NCBI RefSeq assembly: GCF_000018105.1
Contig: NC_009925.1
Coordinates: 2,370,001-2,402,000, forward strand
Source: Acaryochloris marina MBIC11017
GTDB taxonomy: Bacteria; Cyanobacteriota; Cyanobacteriia; Thermosynechococcales; Thermosynechococcaceae
DNA: 32,000 nucleotides
Direction: 5' to 3'
Part shown: positions 1 to 8,858 of the stretch, in pieces
Position numbering within the stretch: position 1 is the stretch's first letter
How the letters are laid out: each line of letters starts with the position of its first letter
Notes under the pieces: model-generated
What the model was told of the DNA's origin: nothing
Database searches by the model: none
The model's input: only the letters and a program-made list of their open reading frames with translations
Position numbers and translations under genes: made by a program

Positions 1-267
1 CATAAAAGCCTGTACCGCAATGGGGCGATAGGCATCAAAGATCATAATTTGCCAATGAGGCTGAAGCTGTTGTAAGTAGTTTTGAGCAGCTTGGAGAGCC
101 GCTAGCACGCTCTTCCGGAGGAAATAGGGAGAGGCCTGTTCATAGGGTGCACCTAAAACTTCATAAGGATGAGGTGTTTCAAAGGCAAAGAGATCCTGAG
201 GAATGGGTAACAACGTCTCTCCCGATTCAACAATCGGCATTTGCAAATAAGGTTTGCTGATCGGCAT
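1..267 (-). CDS. M15-family metallopeptidase, D-Ala-D-Ala dipeptidase (VanX/DdpX-like); N-terminal 89 codons only, gene runs off the window start
   Basis: My own minus-strand translation from ATG (267..265) is open to position 1: MPISKPYLQMPIVESGETLLPIPQDLFAFETPHPYEVLGAPYEQASPYFLRKSVLAALQAAQNYLQQLQPHWQIMIFDAYRPIAVQAFM. The IFDAYRP..VQ segment resembles the DdpX/VanX IYDAYRP..AQ motif. It is absent from the ORF track because it is truncated. An alternative ATG lies at 240. Confidence 0.55.
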   Translation of the reverse strand, partial: MPISKPYLQMPIVESGETLLPIPQDLFAFETPHPYEVLGAPYEQASPYFLRKSVLAALQAAQNYLQQLQPHWQIMIFDAYRPIAVQAFM

Positions 268-404
268 ACCAAAAACTCAAACTAGAGGGAATACACAGAG
301 GGTAGGGTAGTGATGGCATCTCTTAACTTAGTGCTGAAGGCTTCCATCAGACCATCCCCAAGGGCTGACAACTCCAACAACCATAAGCTGACTCATGACT
401 ATCG

Positions 405-1283
405 CTAGCCTGATGATACAGATTTTACAGGCTCTCTAGCGTTCACCTGTTCGTTGTGTAATCCATACCGGCTTCTTTTGTAGCTGTCTAGCTGAATGCC
501 ATCTAAATTGACATCTGATAAATCAGCCCCTCGCCATGAGGTGTGGGCAAAATCTTTGAGTTCTGTGACAAGGTTGGCTATCACTTGGAGTGTTATCCCC
601 AAAAAGACGAGACAGAGGAGGCTCCAAGCGATCCCTGCCACCAGTTGTTGGACATTCAAGAGACTACTCGCTCGAGTGCTACTAAAAAAGCAAACTCCAT
701 AAGCAGCACACCCACCGACGGTATAGATGGCCACGGTAACCAGCCGAGTCCTGGCCATCACACTCATCCCCAGACTGAAGACGCCCCCAATACAGGCCGT
801 CAGGACAGCCGCTTGAGGATCATTCTTGAGCATCACCCCTCCATAGAAGAAACCTAGTAGTGCACCTGTGGTCAGAGCTGCGATGGGTTTGACTCGTTTC
901 CGACTGGGGCAAATTGCACTACTGATACCAGCGCTCGCCAGCAAACCAAGCAAGGCTAAGAGGTAAGGATAGGTTGGGATCTCCAATGTGAGACCTAATG
1001 CACCAAAGAGCATCTGACTCATGGCATAAAAGGCCAGCCCTACAAAATCGATAACGACTAATAGTCCAATTAAGATAGACTCAGGACCATAACCTACCCT
1101 GGCTCGATCAAAATTGGCCCCTTGTAATTGAGCCAAATCAAAACTACATCCTCGAAGATCAGAACCACTAAAATTGGCCTGCTGTAAATTCTGACCTCGA
1201 AATGAACGATTCCGTAGGTTTCGGTTAGACCACTTGTGTACTTTAGCCATGCAACGATTACGAATTTGGGGATGGGCAGCCAT
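405..1283 (-). CDS. Pentapeptide-repeat protein with a central polytopic membrane region
   Basis: 292-aa ORF. The N-terminus (NLRNRSFRGQNLQQANFSGSDLRGCSFDLAQLQGANFDRARV) and C-terminus (SWRGADLSDVNLDGIQL) show the A(D/N)LXX pentapeptide periodicity. About 6 hydrophobic helices lie between them. The start may be the second Met at 1250. Confidence 0.8.
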   Translation of the reverse strand: MAAHPQIRNRCMAKVHKWSNRNLRNRSFRGQNLQQANFSGSDLRGCSFDLAQLQGANFDRARVGYGPESILIGLLVVIDFVGLAFYAMSQMLFGALGLTLEIPTYPYLLALLGLLASAGISSAICPSRKRVKPIAALTTGALLGFFYGGVMLKNDPQAAVLTACIGGVFSLGMSVMARTRLVTVAIYTVGGCAAYGVCFFSSTRASSLLNVQQLVAGIAWSLLCLVFLGITLQVIANLVTELKDFAHTSWRGADLSDVNLDGIQLDSYKRSRYGLHNEQVNAREPVKSVSSG

Positions 1284-2169
1284 CTGTTTTAGTTTACTAA
1301 CCCCTTTATACTGTTATGGCAGATCACAATGGCAACGTCCGGCCCAAACCCCTCAGATACAGCAGTTGTTTGCCGGTATTACCTACCAACGGCAAGTTTA
1401 TACTTCTCCGCGCCCCTATATCGTTCATATTGCTAAGATTGATCTCACCCATCCTGGTATTCGAGTGATCGCGACCCCAGGGCAGCCTGCAGACGATGAC
1501 AATGAGTTCCGTGCCCAACCAACCTCAGCCTTTCTCACCCAGTTTCGCCTGCAGTTAGCCATGAACGCAGGTTATTTCTATCATTTCAACGAAAAAACCC
1601 CTTGGGATTATGCGCCTCATACAGGCGGTCGGGTGAATGTATTAGGACAGTCCATTAGCATGGGACAACCCTATTCTCCTCCGCAGAAACAGTGGCCTGT
1701 TCTCTGCTTTGATCAAAGCCAGCGGGGCCGAATTGTAGCAACGGGACATTGTCCATCTGATACCCTTCATGCTGTAGCGGGTAACTATATCCTTCACCCT
1801 GATCAACCGCTACAGTTGGACTCAGATAAACCCTATGCGCGTTCAATCGCAGCATTGGACCAAACCGGGACAACCCTCTGGCTGATTGTAGTAGATGGCA
1901 AACAACCCGACTACAGTGAAGGAGCAACTTTTGCTGATATTGAGCAACTGATCAAACAGATTGGAGCTGATATTGCACTCAACCTCGATGGTGGCGGATC
2001 CACAACGTTAGTAACGTCTACCCGATCTGGAGCGAAACTGTTGAATGCGCCGATCCATGGCAAGTGGCCCATGAATGAACGACCCGTTGCAACCCATTTG
2101 GGTATCTATGCCTCCCCCATAGGGGAAATGGCTGATGCCCAGTTCAATTCTTTACAAAACGCCCCCTGA
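1249..2169 (+). CDS. Phosphodiester glycosidase family protein (DUF2233/NAGPA-like), secreted
   Basis: The ORF contains LNLDGGGSTTL and LWLIVVDG motifs typical of the phosphodiester glycosidase family. From ATG 1249 the N-terminus MQRLRIWGWAAICFSLLTPLYCYG looks like a signal peptide. The track start at 1234 is a TTG. Confidence 0.7.
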   Translation: MQRLRIWGWAAICFSLLTPLYCYGRSQWQRPAQTPQIQQLFAGITYQRQVYTSPRPYIVHIAKIDLTHPGIRVIATPGQPADDDNEFRAQPTSAFLTQFRLQLAMNAGYFYHFNEKTPWDYAPHTGGRVNVLGQSISMGQPYSPPQKQWPVLCFDQSQRGRIVATGHCPSDTLHAVAGNYILHPDQPLQLDSDKPYARSIAALDQTGTTLWLIVVDGKQPDYSEGATFADIEQLIKQIGADIALNLDGGGSTTLVTSTRSGAKLLNAPIHGKWPMNERPVATHLGIYASPIGEMADAQFNSLQNAP

Positions 2170-2198
2170 ATCAATCATGCCCTCGCCCACTCCAGCAG

Positions 2199-2882
2199 CT
2201 AGGAAGTAAGCGGCAGAGAAGTTCCCTGTCCAACCCCTAGCTGGGTTGGCAACTCTGATCGGAATGCAGCCTGAAGAACCTGTTTTGAAGAAGGATCAGA
2301 CTGCAAAACTGCTTGATAGGGCTTTTGGCCCCGATAGTTGCCAGGTGGGTTGTAATTACATACCCAAATTTCTTGAGGACCTGAGCGAATATTGGCACAA
2401 CCGACTTCAGTCGTCTTCTGCCAAACTAGCTGGGTTTAGTGCCCACACACCGCAGAGCAACGATTGGTCTCGTAATCATAATGCTTGATTTCATCGCCCC
2501 ACATATTCACCACTTCGGTCGGGGAGAGTTTTTGGTGAGCCGCCCACGTTAAGTTCTCACCATAGGGATTATTGGGGCGGTGGTAGAGTCGGAAATTATC
2601 GTTAGCCAAATGATTCGCCCAAGCTTGGGCATGCTTGGCCAAATCATCTGACCAAGTGAGCGGGGGAATACCTGTTCGCTGACGCCATTGATTATGAGCC
2701 TCTAGCATCTCTCGTGACCATGTTGGACGATGCACATTAAGGCTGGTAGAGGCTTGGGTATGAGATGGATTGGCTGGCTGGGCAGGATGATCTGTACACG
2801 CTAACGCAACCGATGTTGCAACACTACCGACACCCACCAAACTGAAAGCAAGACAAAGCGAAAAATATAGCTTACGCAGCAT
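2199..2882 (-). pseudogene. CAP/SCP/PR-1 domain lipoprotein gene interrupted by one in-frame TAA (2436..2438)
   Basis: The 148-aa ORF has a signal peptide with lipobox (VALAC) and the N-terminal half of a CAP domain (HNQWR...PLTWSDDLAKHAQAWANHLA...GENL...). It ends at ..CGH then TAA. The same frame continues TQLVWQKTTEVGCANIRSGPQEIWVCNYNPPGNYRGQKPY for 78 codons to TAG at 2199..2201. The stop sits where the GHYTQ signature has Tyr. Confidence 0.75.
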
Positions 2883-3338
2883 GGAAACACATCATCAAAT
2901 TACTCAACATAGATGAATCACCGGGTTCAGAGATACTTCAAGCCATAAAAAAGGCCTATCCAAAATAAATAGGCACTCGAAAACATGTCCTACTCCTAAA
3001 TTTCATGCATTGAATGACTCCCAAAGGCATGGAGTAGCAGAGAGGAATCGACAATAGTTTTTTCTAAAAGAACGAAGAATCAATATCGTTGTCGGGCTTT
3101 ACCTCTATCAACGATTGAGCAACCCTATTTCTGCCCTCAAAATTGGCAGGAGACAAACGACATCTATATCTTGTATAGCTGACGAAGAAAGGAAAATAGT
3201 CCAGTGGAAATACCGAATTCTAAAAAAAACGATTTTAAATCCTTAATACTTCCCAGCATCAGTACTGTTTTAAAGCTATTAAAAAGCGAAAAGCACTGAA
3301 CTCTAACACATTAATTTCATCGACAAACAAAGAGCATT

Positions 3339-4492
3339 AAGTTACTAGACCTGTCCGAAATATAAATGACGGAGAAAAAAGATGGTAGAACGGAGTTTTA
3401 CCGCTCTACCAATGACAAAAAATCCTCTTGATTATATTCACAAATATCCCCATCGCAGCAAGCGAGTGTTGGGCATTGAGTACCCTCAGTTTCTCCAATT
3501 ATTGGAACAAGCTGAGTTGAAGCACAATGAGCGAAAAGCTGAGATAGAATGACATAAAAGCCGGGTCAATGCCAAAGGAGGAGGACGCAAACCGCTGTTA
3601 TCGGTCGCAGAGGAGGTTTGCCTGTGCCTGTTCTACTTACGGCACTATCCCACCTTTGAGGTGCTGGGACTTCAGTTTGGGGTGTCCAAGAGTGAGGCCA
3701 ATGATACGGTTCACTACTGGCTGTCGATGCTACGAGTACTGCTTCCTGCAAGTTTGCTGGAGCAAGTGGATTCCAACCCGAGCGATTACGCCATTGTGCA
3801 GGAGTGGTTGACTCAGTTCCAGTTGATTGTTGATACCTTTGAGCAAGCGAGAGAACGCCCCATTGACAACGATGAACAACGCTCGTATTTTTCTGGCAAG
3901 AAGCAGCAGCACACCTTCAAATCTCAGATTGTGACTCTGCCTGGCGGCAAAGATATCGTTGATGCCATCGCAGGTAAAAAGGGACCAACCAGTGACATTT
4001 CTGTATTTCGAGAACACCAATCACAGTTTGCGCCAGGACAGGGGTTCGATGGTGATAAAGCCTATGTGGGAGCACAGAATGTGCAAACCCCACACAAAAA
4101 GCCACGAGGCAAAGAGCTAACACCAAAGCAAAAGGCACAGAACAAGAAATTCTCCAGCACTCGTCGCATCTTTGTTGAGCATACAATCCGTTTAGTGCGG
4201 ATTTTCCGAGTTGCCCAAGAGCGATTCCGTTTGCGTCATGACACTTATGAACAAGTAATTCTCACCGTTTGTGGCTTAGTTCGATTGCGGCTGGGTATGA
4301 TTATGTTGCCTGTTTTATCTCAGTCTTAAAAAGGGATGAAGCGATGAATTAGCCGACCCTATTTTTTGGAGCTAAACTAACAGAAACTACCGTCAACCCC
4401 CATTCTGTCGTTGAGTCTGCTGTCAGAGTAACCATGCTCAAAGCCAGACGCACTATGGGCTGTAATTTTTTGAACAAGTCTACTCATGTAAC
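3339..4492 (+). mobile_element. IS element of the IS5 / DDE_Tnp_4 (Harbinger-PIF-like) type, about 1.15 kb
   Basis: An 8-bp direct repeat AGAGCATT occurs at 3331..3338 and 4493..4500, directly outside imperfect inverted ends. The left end is GTTACTAGACCTGTCC (3341..3356). The reverse complement of the right end (4472..4492) is GTTACATGAGTAGACTTGTTC, sharing GTTAC and TAGACYTGTYC. A single transposase frame lies inside. The exact boundaries are uncertain. Confidence 0.5.
3382..4329 (+). pseudogene. DDE_Tnp_4-type transposase (HTH + DDE) with an in-frame TGA at 3550..3552
   Basis: ATG 3382 opens MVERSFTALPMTKNPLDYIHKYPHRSKRVLGIEYPQFLQLLEQAELKHNERKAEIE, then TGA. The same frame (3382 and 3661 are both 1 mod 3) continues HKSRVNAKGGGRKPLLSVAEEVCLCLFYLRHYPTFEVLGLQFGVSKSEANDTV... 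into the 222-aa track ORF. DDE-like landmarks are IVDTFE, GPTSDISVF, DGDKAYVG and FVEHTIR. Confidence 0.7.
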
Positions 4493-4512
4493 AGAGCATT
4501 GAGTCTGATGCT

Positions 4513-6123
4513 TTACATCAAATCGGTGGCATTGTGTAAATGTTTTTCTAAGGTGGATTGTGGCAAAGGACCTTGCAAGTGTGACCAAGGCAAGATTTGA
4601 TCTGTTGGCCATTCCTGAAAAACGTAAAAGTCTAGAGAAGGAATCTGCCCTTTAAGTTGCTTAAACGCTCGACGATAGCTCCCGAGGGAATCGCCAAAAT
4701 GCCGAGTCAGTTCTAGTAGATGAGAAATCCGTCGATCACCCCGAGCAATTAAGGCCTGAATAATTGACCAGTTGTAGCTTTCAGGCCTAAAATCGATCCC
4801 TTGAGATCGCAACTTCTTCTGCATCAATTGCAGCGACTTCTTAGCTGTAGGGTTGACGCCAAACCACTGAAAAGGCGTATGGGCTTTGGGGACAAAGGTG
4901 CTGCATCCTAAGGTTAATCGCAACCCAGGCACCTCTTTCTTTAACTGCAACATTAGATTAATCGTCGCTTCAACGTCCGTATCCGTTTCCCCTGGAATAC
5001 CCACCATCCCATAAAGTTTTAGGCCTTTCAGTTGACCTTGATAAGCATTGGCAGCCGCTTGGTGAATCTCGTCATTCTGTAATTTCTTATTGATAACCTG
5101 CCGCAACCGCTCAGAGCCACTTTCAATCGCAATGGTAATCGAACGAGTATCCCGCTGAGCCAGGACCTGGGCGAGCTTGACCGTCACAGTATTGGTCCGC
5201 ACGGAAGCAATACTTAAACGCACCTGATCTCGGTCAGGGTGGGCAAAATAGTCGATCAGCTGCTCAAATTCTGGATGTTGCGTAACAGAGGCTCCTAGGA
5301 GGCCAATACGGTTGGTAACAGCTAGTCCTTTTTCAATTTGGGGGAGTAGCGTTTGGGCCGCCTCTGGAGTCCGAAAGGGGAGCGTTAAATAGCTAGCCAG
5401 GCAAAAACGACACATTTCTGGGCAACTCCGCACCACCTCCACCATATAGATACTTTCCCAAGCTGCTTTAGGGGTAACAACCGTTGAGGCGGACAAGGTA
5501 TTGCCACGATAGGTCTGTTTTTGGACCTGGGCGGGCACGTCTGGAGTGTGGGGTTTGATGGTTGCGATCGCACCCTCCGATGCCTGGTATTGAACCTCAT
5601 ACAAGCTGGGAATATACACCCCAGGCACTTGGGCTAAGGTCAACAGTTGGGTCGCACGGTCGGCTTGATGTACCGTTCGAAACGTATCAATAAACTGCCC
5701 CAGTAGATCCTCTCCATCCCCCAACAGAATCACATCAAAGAAATCAGCAAAGGGTTCGGGATTAGCAGTCAGCACTGACCCACCCCCAAACACTAAGGGA
5801 TGAGCCGCTGTGCGGTGCTGACTACGCAATGGGATATCCAAGTCCTCCAACATCTGCAAAATATTGGCATAATCCAATTCCCAGGACAGAGAAAAACCCA
5901 AGAGTACGGGATGTTGGGGGAGGGGTTCCTGGACATCTGTGAAAAGTCGGCTAACCTGTAGATCAGAACGTGCACACAGCATGGCCCAAACGACTTGGAA
6001 GCCCAAACTCGTTATTCCTACACAGTACGTGTTTGGAAATGCGAAAATAAGCGGAAGCCTATTCGGTGTTGGCGTTCCTGGTGTAAACAATAATTGCTCT
6101 GATTGAAAGATTGAGGTTGACAC
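4513..6123 (-). CDS. Radical SAM protein with an N-terminal B12-binding-like domain
   Basis: 536-aa ORF with a GTG start. The CxxxCxxC cluster motif is present in VRSCPEMCRFCLASY. The N-terminal region (ILLGDGEDL) resembles the cobalamin-binding-like domain of class B radical SAM enzymes. Confidence 0.8.
   Translation of the reverse strand: MSTSIFQSEQLLFTPGTPTPNRLPLIFAFPNTYCVGITSLGFQVVWAMLCARSDLQVSRLFTDVQEPLPQHPVLLGFSLSWELDYANILQMLEDLDIPLRSQHRTAAHPLVFGGGSVLTANPEPFADFFDVILLGDGEDLLGQFIDTFRTVHQADRATQLLTLAQVPGVYIPSLYEVQYQASEGAIATIKPHTPDVPAQVQKQTYRGNTLSASTVVTPKAAWESIYMVEVVRSCPEMCRFCLASYLTLPFRTPEAAQTLLPQIEKGLAVTNRIGLLGASVTQHPEFEQLIDYFAHPDRDQVRLSIASVRTNTVTVKLAQVLAQRDTRSITIAIESGSERLRQVINKKLQNDEIHQAAANAYQGQLKGLKLYGMVGIPGETDTDVEATINLMLQLKKEVPGLRLTLGCSTFVPKAHTPFQWFGVNPTAKKSLQLMQKKLRSQGIDFRPESYNWSIIQALIARGDRRISHLLELTRHFGDSLGSYRRAFKQLKGQIPSLDFYVFQEWPTDQILPWSHLQGPLPQSTLEKHLHNATDLM
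5564..5571. repeat. HIP1 octamer
   Basis: Exact GCGATCGC. Confidence 0.95.
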
Positions 6124-6329
6124 TTAAACTAGAGACACTTTGATGTCTAGCAGAGGCTAATGTAACAGCATTTAGGTTTAAACATCTTTACATATGTGTT
6201 ATCTCTCCAACACTCTCAGGTAAAAATAGCTTTAATACTATCGTCCAGGTGATGTGTCTTCATTCGTTTCATAAATAAGGGCAATCTTTAGATACAGACT
6301 AACAAGGACCCAATCCGTTAATTACGCAC

Positions 6330-8858
6330 ATGCCACACTCCCAACCCCAATTGCAATGTCCCAATCTCAGATGTCGAGCAGTCAACTCTGATCGAGATCA
6401 GTTTTGCCAAAAATGTGGGACATACTTACCGAAACGCTTTCTTTGGGTTGTGGGCGCTCGTGTAGATAACTTTCAAGTGGGTGACCTCCTAGAAGATCGG
6501 TTTCTGTTTCAGGGGCCGAGAGTGGTCTTCGATACACAACCGGGCATTCCTCTCAAAATGAGTGTTGAGTTACCGGATACCTTGGTCCCTTACCTGAAGC
6601 TATTTCCTTACCGACTCCATCTTCCCCAAGTCTATACCCTCCTTTCTTTAGGAGACCCCGAACCGTCCTTGATCCTCTTACTAGAGCAAGCACCTTTGGG
6701 TTCTGCCGATTTAGATCCGAGTCACCAAGGTGGACTAGCCCTAGGGGCAGGCATGCCGTTATTTGATGCTTGGGTCAACGCCCAACCTCTGCGCCAACTC
6801 CACTGGCTCTGGCAAATTGCTCAGCTATGGCAACCCCTCCGAATTCAGGGGGTGGCGTCGAGCTTATTGCAGCCTGACTTTATGCGGGTCGAAGGCTCCC
6901 TCTTTCGGTTATTGGAATTAGAAAATGATTTTCGCCTAGAACCGAGTTTGGCGGACCTAGGTTTAGTGTGGCAACAGCTCATTCCCAAAACTAGCGGTAA
7001 ACTCGCAGACTCCTTAGATGGTCTCTGTGATCAATTAGCCAGTGGCGAAGTTGAATCAGCAGAAGAACTGCTCGCCCAATTGGAAAGCTGGATTGAAAAT
7101 ATCCATAAAGCCTATCGAGTCAAAATAGATATTGCGACTCGTACAGATACAGGCATGGTTCGCGAGCATAACGAAGATGCTTGCTATCCTGCAGATGGCG
7201 CAGTCACCCAAAACTCATTAGAGCGAATGGCGATTGTTTGCGATGGAGTGGGGGGACATGCCGGTGGCGAAGTCGCATCCGGTATTGCCATCGAAGCGCT
7301 ACGGGATCATCTGACTCAATTACCCATTGATGATCTCTCACCTGCTGATGTGATTACAGAATTAGAAAATGCCTCCTTTAAGGCTAATGATCTCATTAGC
7401 CAGCGGAACGACCAAGAACAGCGCCAGGATCGTCAACGGATGGGAACCACGCTGGTGACGGCGTTATCCCAAACTCACCAAATTTATGTCTCGCATATTG
7501 GAGATAGTCGGGCTTACCTGATCACCACCCAAGGCTGCTACCAAATCATGGTAGATGACGATATTGCATCTCGCGAAGTGCGCTTGGGGTATGTTCCGTA
7601 CCGCGAAGCCCTCCTCCAACCCGCTTCCGGATCGTTGGTCCAGGCCTTAGGCATGGCCTCTTCGTCAGTTCTCCGACCGACGGTTCAGCGATTCTTACTG
7701 GATGAAGACTGTTTATTTCTGCTGTGTTCAGACGGACTGAGTGACTACGATCGCATTGATATGATTTGGCGAGAGGAGCTGCTACCTCTCCTCCAAGGCG
7801 GCACCGACTTAGCCAGCACGAGCAAGCGTCTGATCGAACTCGCCAATCAGCTCAATGGTCATGATAATGTCACCGTTGGTTTGGTGCATTGCCATGTGAC
7901 TCGTCAACGCCAAAGTACCGGCGCAACTGGCTTAAATAGTGCGCCAGCAGAAACATCAGCCCCGGTCGATAATACGCCTCCAACGGTCTTACCCAAGACT
8001 CAAGCCGTTGCCCCCGACGCTCCGCTTGATCCAAAGCGTTCAGGGAGTGGATTCGGCCTCTGGATTTTATTGGGCCTGATTTTATTAGGGGTTGGCGGTG
8101 CAGTGGCTTACCAGCTCGGCTTTCTCAAACTCCCTTTTCTGAATCAGCCCATCGCAGATTCTTCGGCTTCTCCTTCTCCTGAACCCAGCCTACCTGACAC
8201 TCCCCCTCCTCCTCCTGATCTAGCTCAAGCGAATAAGTTGGATGTCCTCCGGTTAGTCAGTGCCAATGATCAACCCATTGAGATCTCCGTCGTCAAGGAT
8301 CCAAAAGAACTATTACAGGGCATTGGTGGCGTGGATGACGCAAGCGTAGATAATCCACCGACAGAAACTTCAGACGCCAAAATCGCGCTAGGCTCTACCA
8401 TTTCTATTCCAAGTGATAGTTTAGTGGTCGTTGATGGAATCTTTCCGCCCCCTCTGGCTGATGCATCAGATAAAACCGCACCAGGCGCTCCTATCCAAGC
8501 ACTGCGGATTCGAACTTGCCAGCCTGTAGAAGAAGTTTCAGAACAAGAAGGTACAGGTATTCTGCCCCCCGAAAAGTTAGATGAAAAATTAGAAAAAGAA
8601 GGAGCAGACCCAGACGCCGATTCCGTCGCTCAACTCATCGATGAAAAACTGAGTGATGAGAATCCTAGCGGATCAGTAACAACCCCATCTACTCCCCAAA
8701 TTGGCTGGGTGGATCGATCTAAGTTGGCCTCATTAGTGACAGAAATTATTCCCGCCGCCCAACTCAGTCCTGAACAACAAAAAGCTTGTACGCCTGCTCC
8801 TCTAGAAGGCAAAGATATTCCGGCAGGCGCTCCTATTGGCTCAGACCCTACCCCATGA
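6330..8858 (+). CDS. PP2C-family Ser/Thr phosphatase with N-terminal zinc ribbon, one TM helix and a Pro/acidic-rich C-terminal region
   Basis: Zn ribbon: CPNLRCRAVNSDRDQFCQKCG. PPM motifs: REHNEDA, VCDGVGGHAGGEVAS, GTTLV, SHIGDSRAYL, LCSDGLSD, GHDNVTVGLV. TM helix: GFGLWILLGLILLGVGGAVAY. The tail is about 245 aa and low in complexity. Confidence 0.85.
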   Translation: MPHSQPQLQCPNLRCRAVNSDRDQFCQKCGTYLPKRFLWVVGARVDNFQVGDLLEDRFLFQGPRVVFDTQPGIPLKMSVELPDTLVPYLKLFPYRLHLPQVYTLLSLGDPEPSLILLLEQAPLGSADLDPSHQGGLALGAGMPLFDAWVNAQPLRQLHWLWQIAQLWQPLRIQGVASSLLQPDFMRVEGSLFRLLELENDFRLEPSLADLGLVWQQLIPKTSGKLADSLDGLCDQLASGEVESAEELLAQLESWIENIHKAYRVKIDIATRTDTGMVREHNEDACYPADGAVTQNSLERMAIVCDGVGGHAGGEVASGIAIEALRDHLTQLPIDDLSPADVITELENASFKANDLISQRNDQEQRQDRQRMGTTLVTALSQTHQIYVSHIGDSRAYLITTQGCYQIMVDDDIASREVRLGYVPYREALLQPASGSLVQALGMASSSVLRPTVQRFLLDEDCLFLLCSDGLSDYDRIDMIWREELLPLLQGGTDLASTSKRLIELANQLNGHDNVTVGLVHCHVTRQRQSTGATGLNSAPAETSAPVDNTPPTVLPKTQAVAPDAPLDPKRSGSGFGLWILLGLILLGVGGAVAYQLGFLKLPFLNQPIADSSASPSPEPSLPDTPPPPPDLAQANKLDVLRLVSANDQPIEISVVKDPKELLQGIGGVDDASVDNPPTETSDAKIALGSTISIPSDSLVVVDGIFPPPLADASDKTAPGAPIQALRIRTCQPVEEVSEQEGTGILPPEKLDEKLEKEGADPDADSVAQLIDEKLSDENPSGSVTTPSTPQIGWVDRSKLASLVTEIIPAAQLSPEQQKACTPAPLEGKDIPAGAPIGSDPTP

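Noticed and set aside
2883-3338. A 450-bp AT-rich non-coding stretch between the CAP gene and the IS; I looked for small ORFs, an IS remnant or an ncRNA.
   Set aside because: I saw no convincing ORF, no strong stem-loops, and no repeats shared with either IS end. It is most simply the CAP gene promoter region next to an IS insertion. Transcriptome data would be needed to say more.
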